64,000 nt of DNA from Eledone cirrhosa (GCA_964016885.1 OZ024740.1:67518001-67582000), one strand, 5' to 3'; counted from the stretch's first letter, positions 34,609 to 47,741 are shown. Notes: generated from the letters alone by a model not told the origin. Numbers and translations are program-made.

Positions 34609-35275
34609 ACAGTAGACAACTGATGAGGAAAACTCCCGCACCCCCCGTTTTGCTTTCTTCGTATTCCCACTGCATTTTAAGTTACCTTAAATAGCAACTA
34701 TACAGCCATTTCTATACTCCATATATTTCATAATGTTTTCGCTGTGACCATTCTTCTCTCCCTTCTACCTACCTATTTCGCTACTTTCTACTCTGACCCC
34801 CCTTTCTTCCATTCCCTTTCTCCCTATCTACTCTTACCCCACTTTCTTCCTCTCCCATTCTCCCTCTCACTTTCAACCCCTCGACTGACCCTTTAGCAGT
34901 TCTCTTCTCCCTTACAACTGCGGCGATCAGAGGTGTGTCTTTTTTCTCTCGACCACTCAGTCTTGAACTTAAGTTCTCTTATCGAGTGGTATTGGATTTC
35001 CTTACCTTAAGTTGCTTGCACATTGCTCGGATTGTTGTTTTTCTTCGCTGTGTTTTTACTGTTTTCTCTTTTCTTCCCTCCCTCTTCCGTTTTCCCAATA
35101 AGTTATCCACTTATTGACGTTCTGGGCGGTAGATATGTTGTCTTTAAAGCGTAGAAATATCCGAGACCTCCAGTAAACAACTCATGAGGAAATCCCCCCC
35201 CCTCTGTTCTTGCTTTCTTCGTATTCCCACTGCATTTTAAGTTACCTTAAAACGCAACTACACAGCCATTTCTAT
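34609..35275 (+). repeat. ~105-bp direct repeats (34609-34714, 35171-35275) bounding a pyrimidine-rich segment; pseudo-LTR-like
   Basis: CAGTA(G/A)ACAACT(G/C)ATGAGGAAA...TTGCTTTCTTCGTATTCCCACTGCATTTTAAGTTACCTTAAA...CAGCCATTTCTAT occurs twice; followed by (CT)n(TA)n. Confidence 0.75.
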
Positions 35276-35381
<106 letters not shown>

Positions 35382-35436
35382 TATAATAATTATAAAATGT
35401 GGAGAAGGAGCACACGAGTTGGAATATATATATGTA

Positions 35437-35968
35437 TATATGAAAATAGGGAGAAACAGACGATTATTAGGAAGAAAAACATATATGTTTCTTTTTTTCT
35501 GGGTTAGAAAATGTTTAAAACAAAATATTTTACTTTGTGTGAAGTGTTAAGGTATTAGTTAATTTAATTATTAATTAAAAATGGCATTTATTTATTTATT
35601 TATTTATTTACTTTTATATATTTAATAATTGTTTCAGCATTTTTTTTATTTTTTCTTTTTAATTCAAAAACCTTGTTTGTAAAAAATATTATTCTTTCTT
35701 TCCCATTTCCTTAACGGGTTCAACATCACATTATTTTCTCTCCAACATTTTAAACCAATACAAATTCCCCCCTTTCATAATGCATAAAATGGTGAAACCG
35801 GTAATAGACAATTATTAAATATATAAATAAATAAATAAATAACCTAATACCTTAACACTTCACACAAAGTAAAATATTTTGTTTTAAACATTTTCTAATC
35901 CAAAAAAAAGAAAAAAATAAGAGGAAAAAAAAATGTTTTCTTCCTAATAATCGTCTTTTTCTCCCTAT

Positions 35969-35976
<8 letters not shown>
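35437..35976. repeat. Inverted-repeat element (~125-bp arms) between TA repeats
   Basis: 35437-35560 is the reverse complement of 35843-35976 with few differences. Confidence 0.8.
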
Positions 35977-36009
<33 letters not shown>

Positions 36010-36179
36010 TGTCTTCTTGCCTGTCTGTTTATCTATCAATGGTTAAAGGTAAAAACCTTAAGCAGCAACATGGAAACTATCGTCCGTTATACTATTTCAC
36101 CATTTCTACATGTTATTACATTATTTCATTCACGAGACTGTAACCAAAATATAACTGATTCAACTCGACACCTACACTA

Positions 36180-36250
<71 letters not shown>

Positions 36251-36625
36251 GAGATATAGAGGGAGAAAGAGTAAAAAGATAGAGAGCTGCATGTTTTGCC
36301 AACCATCATTGCATGAATACAAGAATGCTCAACAAACGTTAGTTTCTTTAGCGTACATGAAATTCACAAAGAGTTTCTTTCGCGTTTGTACAAGAAAGCA
36401 AATCAGCCTGCTTTATTTACAACATCAATGGAGAATTGCAATACCATTAAGTGTACCATAAAATATTATGTTACTAAGTTACGGCAGCAGTTGTCTTGTC
36501 ATCTGAGTGCTGTATAACGTATCCGAAAAATAGATGCTTGAGCCGAATTAAATTATGCGATATTCCATGGTTCCCCTCAAAAGTTAATCGCAATTCTGCA
36601 CAAACATTAAAAGCAGCAACACCAT

Positions 36626-36660
<35 letters not shown>

Positions 36661-36930
36661 GCAACAGTAGATGTAGTAGTAGTAGTTGTAGTAGTAGTAG
36701 TAGCAGTAGTAGTAGTAGTAGTAATAGTACTAGTAGTAGTAATAGTAGTAGCACCAATAGAAGTAGTAGTAGGAGTAGTAGTAGTAGCAGTAGTAGTAGT
36801 AGTAGCAACAGAAGAAGTAGTAGTAGTAGTAGTAGTAGCAGTAGCAGTATTAGCATTAGTAGTAGTAGCAGTATTAGTAGTAGTAGTAGTGGTGGTGGTT
36901 GTGGTGGAAGTTGTGGTTGGTGGTGATGAT
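36626..36930. repeat. Imperfect (GTA)n microsatellite
   Basis: Visible array; it accounts for the poly-T/V/L ORFs. Confidence 0.93.
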
Positions 36931-37015
36931 TGGATAGCAGTTGCATTTGTCACAACAATAACAGTAAGTGCAACTACAATAATAATCATAATTTCTTTAT
37001 AACATAACTGCTATT

Positions 37016-37496
37016 TCATACATATACCAATTATCCGGGTGTAGTGCCGGGTGGCACTACACCAAGCCACATTTTTTGACCGATATTTTTCAAACATTAT
37101 ACATGCGTTACATATATTTCTTGAAGTGCAATTTAACTTGTTCTGCCTCGCTGATTTCGTCATCAAAATATCCCTACTTAAACGGACATCCCTATTTGGT
37201 TTTCACACTATTGACTGACGTGTGTTCCCCATCCGTGACGTAATTCGTGAACAGACTTACGACATACATCGCCCCACAACAATTACTTCTTTCGCATACA
37301 GGATTTCCGCAATCAGTCCACTGACACTGCTAAAACTGGATATGGCCCGCTGGTGTTCTACGTTTCCAATAAATGAAAAATCATTCCCTGAGAATAAGGG
37401 AATTCAAAAAGTACACAGCTACATTCCTCAATCTTTGCATATGCATGTTGGTATTTCACGATTCCTAACCCGTGCAACGCCGGATCCTGCTGCTAT
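37016..37496 (+). mobile_element. Probable non-autonomous Helitron-like element (~480 bp)
   Basis: Starts TCATACATATA; perfect 11-bp hairpin at 37038-37063; 3' CCCGTGCAACGCCGGA...CTAT resembles a Helitron terminus with CTRR degenerate. Confidence 0.5.
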
Positions 37497-37508
37497 TATA
37501 TATATGTG

Positions 37509-37567
<59 letters not shown>

Positions 37568-38419
37568 TATTTTCCGTTGTGTTGTAATATAAATATTACA
37601 CACAGTAGATTATCAGCTCACGTAGAGTTTGCTCGACGGTTCCAGTTGTAGTTCCAAATGTAATCCGGAGAAAAATAGAAAGATTTGAATGGATACAGTT
37701 TAGTTGAAAGGAATTTATTGACACGTGTTTCTATAACAGTTACATAACCTAAAACAGCTATCTACAAACTTTTAGTTATGCAGACATTCAATGTTTCAAT
37801 GTTATTATTTACTGTCATTTCATCAGAATAATATTACTGAGGACCTATTTAGTTTTTATAGAGAATATTAGGAGGGAGGGGTGAAGTTGTTAGAAGAATA
37901 GTTGAAGGAGTGGTTTTTCGATAGCAGTGAGAATTCTTGGTGGCAGTGAGTAATTAGATTCCCATCTGTTGTTTTGACATTTTTTATAGAATATATTATT
38001 GGTTATTTTTCTAAATCTATAGAAGGATTAGAGATAGTAAAGATATGCGTGGTTGGTTTTGTGTTTGCACTTAATTAACATTCAGACTTAAATTTTTCTT
38101 TCAAGTATACGTATCCTTTCACCCACGCATTCACACAAATATATTTGCACACCTCTACAAAATACATATACTCACAATTCACATATTCATACTTACATAT
38201 ATATACACATGCATACACATATATATACACACATGTATTCATGTACATACATACGCGCTCATGTGTATACATTTTCATACTCAACTTATCTTTATATACA
38301 CACGTATAGACACACACATATATACATACATACTCTAGTCCATGTGTACACACATACACATACATACACATCCATATACACATACATACATACACATATA
38401 TATATATATATATATACAC

Positions 38420-38484
<65 letters not shown>

Positions 38485-38805
38485 CATACATACACACACA
38501 CATATACACACATACACACATATATACATATATATAAGCACTTTAATACATGAATACACTTACATCTAACTATACACATCAAACATATATATATATTTAC
38601 TTATTTATATACATTTTCACATATATATACATACTTATGGACGTTTTTAGACACATTCATTATCGCATATTTGTACCTATTCTCATCAGCATATCTTTTC
38701 ATTATTAGTATGGTAATTTAAGGTTATTAATATATGTTGAGAAGAGATTGTTTTTATATTTTTCTAACTAGATTAAGGTTTATATAGTTGGGGGATGTCC
38801 CTCTT

Positions 38806-39854
38806 TTATGTAATATTCGGCTTGTAGTGGGAAAAAAGGGTTTTAGTTCTGTGACGGCAGAATAATGTTCGTTCAATTCTGTTATTCAGCAGTTTCTTCT
38901 TGTGTGTGATTATGTAATAAATCTCAAGATTACACAATTTGCAGAAATTTTGGCTCCTGGAAAAGCTTTGGGTTTTAGCTAATTTTTCCCATTTTAGGGT
39001 AAACTTTTGGTCGCTATCCCTGAGCGTCCAAGCTTTTTCTGCTAAAGTTGTTACATTTCTTTGGCTCTGGTGTTTTATTGAGTAAGAATGCCTATACAAT
39101 CGAGATTTAAACGATGTTGCCGTTGATCCCACGTAATACCACTCGTTGCCTCCGGATTTAATGGTACACTTATAAATAATATTTTTTTCCAGGCAGTTAT
39201 TGCCGAGGGGGCAGTTGTCAGGATAGGTGCAGTTACAGTTGTGTACGTTGGGTTTTCTCTGGAGTAGTATTGCGGACGAACTTAGGTGTGGTTTATTTAT
39301 GTTCTGTAGTGTATTGTCTACTGTTTTTTTTGTGTTCTTTGTACTTAAGTTCTTAGTGTTTTCGTTTAACCTTCTAGTATTGATCTTTTTTATGTGTTGT
39401 TCAAGGTTTAACGCTGTAGAGTATGACAGTCTTATAGTGGTAGGGTTTAGGATTTTGTGGTATTTGTGTGATGTGGGAAAATGTCTTTTAATTATTTTAA
39501 AGAAGAGTACTGGTAAATTTGTACTAATGGAGCTATTGTATTCGGGGTTATACCATAAGTACTCTTTGCATCGCTTTCTATTAGTTTTGTTTGTTGGTTT
39601 ACTGGTGTGCATACTATGGTAGTAAGTGTGGTTTGGTGTTGTGTTATTATATCTACCTATGTGGGATTTATTTTGGGTGTTTTGATTGTTCACATCTATG
39701 TACTCTATTTTGTTGAGGTAGCCTGCTTTACTAAGGGCGTTATCGTAGTACTCGGCGTGTTCCTTAAATACTTGTATGTTAGAAGATAGACCCGAGATTC
39801 TAAGGGAAATATTTTTAGGGATAGATTTAATTATAGAGATGGGGTGGTTAGACC
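38806..39854 (-). pseudogene. PLE RT-thumb/linker and GIY-YIG endonuclease fragment (Hydra-clade-like)
   Basis: SNHP...RIS.LSS...YY.NAL.KAGY; WYNP; CNC.....CPL...CL; IYKC...YVGST..FK.R...H; CKLC..E; LLN.R.E...CRH. Confidence 0.85.
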
Positions 39855-40495
39855 CAACGGCAACATCGTTTAAATCTCGATTGTATAGGCATTCTTACTC
39901 AATAAAACACCAGAGCCAAAGAAATGTAACAACTTTAGCAGAAAAAGCTTGGACGCTCAGGGATAGCGACCAAAAGTTTACCCTAAAATGGGAAAAATTA
40001 GCTAAAACCCAAAGCTTTTCCAGGAGCCAAAATTTCTGCAAATTGTGTAATCTTGAGATTTATTACATAATCACACACAAGAAGAAACTGCTGAATAACA
40101 GAATTGAACGAACATTATTCTGCCGTCACAGAACTAAAACCCTTTTTTCCCACTACAAGCCGAATATTACATAAAAGAGGGACATCCCCCAACTATATAA
40201 ACCTTAATCTAGTTAGAAAAATATAAAAACAATCTCTTCTCAACATATATTAATAACCTTAAATTACCATACTAATAATGAAAAGATATGCTGATGAGAA
40301 TAGGTACAAATATGCGATAATGAATGTGTCTAAAAACGTCCATAAGTATGTATATATATGTGAAAATGTATATAAATAAGTAAATATATATATATGTTTG
40401 ATGTGTATAGTTAGATGTAAGTGTATTCATGTATTAAAGTGCTTATATATATGTATATATGTGTGTATGTGTGTATATGTGTGTGTGTATGTATG

Positions 40496-40586
<91 letters not shown>

Positions 40587-41147
40587 GTGTATGTATGTAT
40601 GTGTATATGGATGTGTATGTATGTGTATGTGTGTACACATGGACTAGAGTATGTATGTATATATGTGTGTGTCTATACGTGTGTATATAAAGATAAGTTG
40701 AGTATGAAAATGTATACACATGAGCGCGTATGTATGTACATGAATACATGTGTGTATATATATGTGTATGCATGTGTATATATATGTAAGTATGAATATG
40801 TGAATTGTGAGTATATGTATTTTGTAGAGGTGTGCAAATATATTTGTGTGAATGCGTGGGTGAAAGGATACGTATACTTGAAAGAAAAATTTAAGTCTGA
40901 ATGTTAATTAAGTGCAAACACAAAACCAACCACGCATATCTTTACTATCTCTAATCCTTCTATAGATTTAGAAAAATAACCAATAATATATTCTATAAAA
41001 AATGTCAAAACAACAGATGGGAATCTAATACTCACTGCCACCAAGAATTCTCACTGCTATCGAAAAACCACTCCTTCAACTATTCTTCTAACAACTTCAC
41101 CCCTCCCTCCTAATATTCTCTATAAAAACTAAATAGGTCCTCAGTAA

Positions 41148-41206
41148 TATTATTCTGATGAAATGACAGTAAATAATAACATTGAAATATTGAATGTCTG
41201 CATAAC
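41148..41206 (+). ncRNA. Hammerhead-like motif in PLE1 3' region; mirror copy at 37776-37833 (-)
   Basis: CTGATGA-AATG..CATT-GAAA-(C/T)ATTGAATG-TC. Stems II and III pair; stem I pairs poorly. Confidence 0.5.
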
Positions 41207-41300
41207 TAAAAGTTTGTAGATAGCTGTTTTAGGTTATGTAACTGTTATAGAAACACGTGTCAATAAATTCCTTTCAACTAAACTGTATCCATTCAAATCT

Positions 41301-41373
<73 letters not shown>

Positions 41374-41875
41374 CTAGCAACCAGCCTACTCGGCGACAGG
41401 CACCAATCACAAGCTTTCTGCCTTGACCACTGGTCACGTGATAATTCTTAGCCATTTTGAATTCGTCTCTGGCGGAGATCATGGTAGAAAAGTCTTTGTC
41501 CAATTGAGTTATCTCCTGATGAATTCCAAACCTCGTTGATTTATCCAAGACCGGATATATCCAAAAAGTGAACGAAACCGCCGTGTGGTAGATATTATGA
41601 ATATTTTGTTAAAGTTTATGTACATATTTTCTTCTAACTTTGATTTTGTACCTAATTATGTGTAGTTAACTATATGTCTAGTCAATTTCTACAGGCTATT
41701 AGAAATATTAGGTGAATTTTTTGTAACTATACATCGCGGATAAGATGCTATATCATTTGTCTCTCATTTCTTCATAAGTACATTTTAAACTTATAGCCTC
41801 GTTTAAATGAATCTTTGTGTGGTTGATTTACACTGATTGGGAGGAGTAATACTGTGTATGTTTTATCTAATGATT

Positions 41876-41927
<52 letters not shown>

Positions 41928-42135
41928 TATGCTGTGTAACGTGATGTTTAGGTTCACATCAGTGGTGAGATGTCGAGCTAAAGAGAGTGTAATATGTTAA
42001 TACAAGGACGATTTGTTAAGCGTTCATTACTTTTATTGATTGATGACGCGCGTTTCGCTATTGATCAACTCAGTTTCAATCTGTCTCGATCTCGCCTGAC
42101 TCCTGAATCAAAAGCTCATCGGAACTCTGCCGTTG

Positions 42136-42240
<105 letters not shown>

Positions 42241-42659
42241 ATTCAATTATTTATAAACTTTCAGGCATTTTAGTAACTCTTCGTAATGTCTGGAATAATA
42301 AGAACATATTTTCTTCATCATCGCGTGTCCCTTGTGTTCGTATAAGGTTAGTAAATTGCAGAAGAGACATTTTAATTAATTCGCTACGTTTTCCCATTAA
42401 TACTAATTTCAGTTAATTATATAGCATACTTTATCTTAATTAGAATCATGATGTAATTAATAAGACTGTTTATATTAAATGTACTTCTTTGTAAACTGAA
42501 ATACGATCTGATCTAACTTCTGTGTAAACATACAATTACATCATGAATTATGATTTAATTTCATTCGAAACCACTTCTAGCATTTCTATGGCGGCCAGGA
42601 TATGTTCAATATTCATATATACATACATACATGAGTACGTATGTATATCTTTCTTACTG

Positions 42660-42687
42660 GCACACACACTCACACACATACACACAC

Positions 42688-42777
<90 letters not shown>
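42660..42777. repeat. (CA)n microsatellite
   Basis: Visible array. Confidence 0.93.
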
Positions 42778-42779
<2 letters not shown>

Positions 42780-42785
42780 TGTATG

Positions 42786-42900
42786 AAAGCGTGTGGCTGA
42801 GTGGTTAGAGAATTGGATTCTCAATTGTGAGGTTGTGAGTTCGAATTTCGGACCGGGCGATGGGTTATGTCCTTAGGCAAGACACTTTACTTCACATTAC
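42786..42900 (+). mobile_element. tRNA-derived SINE fragment, second family
   Basis: A box TGGCTGAGTGG, B box GAGTTCGAATT, then TGTCCTTAGGCAAGACACTTTAC (V/Meta-SINE-like core). Confidence 0.7.
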
Positions 42901-43013
42901 CCCTCTTCTACCTGCAGTTGCGACCGATAGAAAGTGTTAGCAATTGGAAAGACCAATGGAAACATTGTTTCCTCGGTCCGATTTTACGAAAGTCGATCGA
43001 CTGTCGAGGTATA

Positions 43014-43062
<49 letters not shown>

Positions 43063-43342
43063 GAATAATCGAGAATCGGAATATCAGCCCACGATATCAC
43101 GATAAACAATATCCGATATATGTGGCAGAGGGCTCAATAATTTGGAAAAATCAGAGCTATAACTATCGTTAAAATACCAACACATAGAGATCATACCTAA
43201 AATCACCCATGCAGCCGAAAAAGAACGACCAGGAAGATTGGGGTCACTCAAATAAAATATCAATAAATTAAATGAATGTAAAAAACTCACCCGGACCCGC
43301 TAGAAAGATGTTAAATCTAGCTTCTTGGGTTTCTATATAAAT

Positions 43343-43523
43343 TAAATTAATATATGATAAACATTTACATGTTTTAGTTGCAATGGACAAATAAAATAGT
43401 TAGAATGAAATATCACTAAAACATGTAAATGTTTATCATATATTAATTTATGATATTTCATTCTAACTATTTTATTTGTCCATTGCAACTAAAACATGTA
43501 AATGTTTATCATATATTAATTTA
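43343..43523. repeat. Complex inverted/direct duplication A-B-A'-B'-A'
   Basis: A=TAAATTAATATATGATAAACATTTACATGTTTTAG and B=TTGCAATGGACAAATAAAATAGTTAGAATGAAATATCA, followed by their reverse complements. Confidence 0.85.
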
Positions 43524-43596
43524 TACTGCTCAGAAGTAATTCTTAGAGCTGAAATAATTGTAAATGACCCCATTGAGTGTAAACTCTAAGTTATAT

Positions 43597-43653
<57 letters not shown>

Positions 43654-43661
43654 AATATGGG

Positions 43662-43756
43662 TTGACCCCGACGGCAAAGCTCAAGCCGTTTCGACGGCTA
43701 TTTCTTGACTCCAGAAATAGCCGTCGAAACTGTTTGAGCTCTGCCGTCGGGGTCAA
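43662..43756. repeat. GC-rich ~95-nt hairpin inside a ~190-bp insert between (TA)n arrays
   Basis: TTGACCCCGACGGCA...GGCTATTTCT-loop-AGAAATAGCC...TGCCGTCGGGGTCAA. Confidence 0.88.
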
Positions 43757-43841
43757 ACATTTTCCTACTACCGTAAGTATTGAGTACTCTGGTGCGTTAT
43801 GGTCCATCTGGTTCCTTACCACACCTCCTTGGTCATCGTTA

Positions 43842-43918
<77 letters not shown>

Positions 43919-44114
43919 AGGTTATATATTATTTAAATAAGTTTAATTTAAATAAACCGTTATCTTTTCAACTTTTCGGACACTCATTTGCATACTCACT
44001 CATAACTTTGTATTACCCTCAATAAAATAGTATCTCCACTATCCAGGAAGCTCCAACCGTTAAGGCTGTCTTTTTTTCCGGGTATGTCAATATTATTTTA
44101 TAAAACAAATCTGT

Positions 44115-44178
44115 GTTTTATGTGATGAAAGCGCACCATAATTTGCCTTGGTTGCCCTTGAAATATATATAATAAAAT
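44115..44178 (+). ncRNA. Degenerate type I hammerhead in a PLE 3' stub related to PLE3
   Basis: GTTTTAT-GTGATGA-AAG..CTT-GAAA-TATATA-TA-ATAAAAT; the following ~45 nt match 55203-55246. Core C3 is mutated to G. Confidence 0.6.
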
Positions 44179-44217
44179 AAATATGGTTTTATAAATATAG
44201 TTTCCATTTATTAATAT

Positions 44218-44724
<507 letters not shown>

Positions 44725-47220
44725 ACTAAGGCTTTCTTCTCACTCCTGGATAAAAACTTCCCATCTGGCCACAAGTACCATAGTCTTATAAACAAAAACA
44801 CGCATTAAAATCTCCTACTCTACCACGCCTAACATAGCATACCACATAGCTAGTAGCAATAAAAGAATAATTAATACTTACTTCCAACAAACTAAAACAC
44901 GGCAGGGGGTAAACCTTCAAAACAACGTTATATCTGCAAACCCTGATATCAATAGTAATAATAGTAATAGCACTAGTGAAATCAATAACGCTGGGAGCGA
45001 CAACTCCCATAGCCATAATGCAATACCTAGCAACCAGACTTCTACACAACATAATAACCGGCAGTTTAACATCCAAAATAATTGTAACTGTAGATCTAAT
45101 AGAACCTGCCCTTTAGATAAAAACTGCTTAATGAAGGACATTATATACTCATGCACCGTCATAACTAGCAACTCTTCTGAAACCTATATAGGCTCTACTT
45201 CGAACTGCTTCAAAACCAGATACAACTCACACCTCCATTCTTTCAAAAAACACAGTCTAGCCAACTCCACTTCACTATCTAGCTACATACACTATCTAAA
45301 AACTATAAATAGATCTTATACACTTAAATGGGAAGTGATATGTAAGGCGGCATCGTACAAACCACCTAATAAATTCTGTAAATTATGTCTACTAGACACC
45401 CATACTATAATCTTCTCAAACCATAACCTCCTTAATAAAAAATCGGAAGTGTTTGCGTCGTGCTAGCACCGCTTCCGGCACTCCTTCCAAAACTTTAAAC
45501 CCAATATATAACAATGTCAGACTTGAACCCATCACCACTTTTAACACCACACCTCAAGGGCACACCTTATACCACAACTCCACACTCTCTGATCCACCCT
45601 ATCTTGACACAAATCATTCCATCTATCTATAACTTTAAACCCTAGAAATATGCCCATAAACACCTACTTTTAGTATAATTACTTTCAATTACTTATAATT
45701 ATATAGTGATACAATACAGTCTATATAAGCGTTAAATACCAGATTTGACAATGAATTATATACGCAATTGTATTTATATGTGTGGAGTGATAACATTGGA
45801 TATATATAAGATTAATTTATTAACATAAGAGATCTGTCTAACTTATATGTTGAGTGCAATGAATTATGTATGAATAGTATGTGAGTTATATATGCAAGTA
45901 TAACTTGATGGATAGGTTAATGACATTGTAAATGAGGGATGTATTTGTCTGCCCTAGAGATGTATTTGGCTTTGCCATGCAAACAGCCATACGCTGCTCC
46001 AGAACTTACCAGGGGTTATGTAGACATAATTCTAATAGGTCCTCTGACATGTTCTAAGAGTAGACTACATTTGCAGTGAACTTTGATATAAAGATATGAC
46101 TCTTTGTATGGAGTATTCAGCTCTAGCACTGTATGATAGGGAGTAATCATCCTAATATAGATACCTTTAGTACATCATGATAGAGTAGACTGTATTTAAA
46201 ATTGGAAACTGGATATAAATATATAACCGTCTATATAAGAGACTCAATTGAGGCGCCTTATAATGTATGTTAGAACAATGAATTTAGTTATGGAAATCAG
46301 CTAGTTACCTCCCCTTACGCATTAACTCCCCTTACTTACACACATACTTCCGGATAATAAACCGCTGTAAATTCTCGCAGCAGATCAACCTATTCTATAA
46401 ATTTGGATTAAATAACACTGAGCCGTAATAAGCTAAAATAATTTAATTTAATGCATCAAACTTCCAATACTGAATCATCGTTACTTATGTGATGGATGTA
46501 AAAACAATTTTTTTTTTCCTGAATGTGAAAATGGTGGTGGATACGAAAACCATAACTTTCTTTTGCTTCTCCTTTTTATTTTTATTTTCCTGCAAACATA
46601 CATTTTTATTATATACAAAAAATACCTTACCACTACAACCACCATAATACTCTTACTTACCCGCTTAAAGTGCTTGTATTACATGTAACACGCTGCCATA
46701 CAATAATCATATATAAATGAGTCACACTTGCATGCCCCACGTGTAACTAACGCATACACTAACTACTACATCTGACTAACAAACTATCCTCTTGCATTAT
46801 CTGTATTAACTGCCGAATGTATTTTAATTTTGTTTTAATTATGTTTTAATTTTAATTTTGATTTTGATTTTGAAATTGAATTGCTATACAGAAATAATAT
46901 AGTATAATATATGTCCCTCCACTGTACATCAATATATATATATATTTATCTGTATGTCTCTTGCGTTGGAAAGGAGGTAAATTATGTGTACAAACATTGA
47001 AAAATGCTCCGAAGAATCCTAGCCTAGGTTTTGATGAAACAATTGTAAGTGTATAAATGCTTTGAACATAGCTTTGATTCTTGTGAATTCTATATAACTG
47101 CTCTGTAGAACAATTGATGTTATTACATTGAGCTATTTATCTCACTGGTAATAAGGTATTAATAAATTACTGACCTTCACTGTTTAGGGTTTAAAATATA
47201 CATGACTATAAAAAGTTTTA
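44725..47220 (+). mobile_element. 5'-truncated Penelope-like element 2 (GIY-YIG fragment and long 3'UTR)
   Basis: [18 protein letters not shown]; NCNCRSNRTCPLDKNCL; YIGSTSNCFKTRYNSH; CKLC; LLNKKSE (44726-45510). Starts at (TA)n; 3' boundary approximate. Confidence 0.8.
47004..47052 (+). ncRNA. Minimal type I hammerhead motif in PLE2 3'UTR
   Basis: ATGCT-CCGAAGA-ATC..GAT-GAAA-CAATTG-TA-AGTGT. Palindromic stem III as in PLE minimal hammerheads; core has U4>C. Confidence 0.6.
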
Positions 47221-47540
47221 GATATATACATAACCATAAATAGTATCCTTAATATTATGTATGTCTATATATATATGTATGTATGTGTGTCTATATGTGT
47301 ATATATATATAAGTATATATATATGTATATACATATGTATATATAGGAGGGAGTTATGTTCACTTGAAGCATTGTGTAATGAGGTATAAACGTTTGTATA
47401 TGTATAATATAGACAAAACAATGCAGGAATGGACATAGAATAAAGAATGCAAATGCAAAAGATATTGTTGACAATTAGTCTTTTACCTTAGATTTATTTA
47501 AATGTCCTTAATTTTCGAGATAATATCTCTTCTTCGGAGA

Positions 47541-47686
47541 GAAGTAAAGCGGTTAAACCAGTGTTCTAAATAGCTTTCCATGTCATGCTGAGAGGAAATG
47601 CTATAGAGTATCATGATACTCTATACCATTTCCTGTCAGCATGACTTGGCAAGCTATTTAGAACACTGGTTTAACCGCTTTACTTC
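47541..47686. repeat. 146-bp near-perfect palindrome (fold-back)
   Basis: Arms GAAGTAAAGCGGTTAAACCAGTGTTCTAAATAGC... centred on TATCATGATA, with about 4 mismatched pairs. Confidence 0.9.
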
Positions 47687-47741
47687 CCTGAATTGTTAAT
47701 ATAAGGAACTTGTTCTTTCTTTTTATTCATTGTTTTTGTTA

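Larger units (their letters stand above)
37564..41306 (-). mobile_element. 5'-truncated Penelope-like element 1 with ~1.45-kb inverted duplication, in (TA)n
   Basis: Arms 37675-39125 and 39855-41306 are near-identical reverse complements; GIY-YIG ORF fragment; (TA)n on both flanks. Confidence 0.9.

Noticed and set aside
36474-37002. Thr-rich mucin-like, poly-Val and poly-Leu ORFs
   Set aside because: All derive from a (GTA)n microsatellite.
40285-40330. CTGATGA...TATGC-GATAA second hammerhead in PLE1
   Set aside because: GAAA core is broken and stems I and III are not evident.
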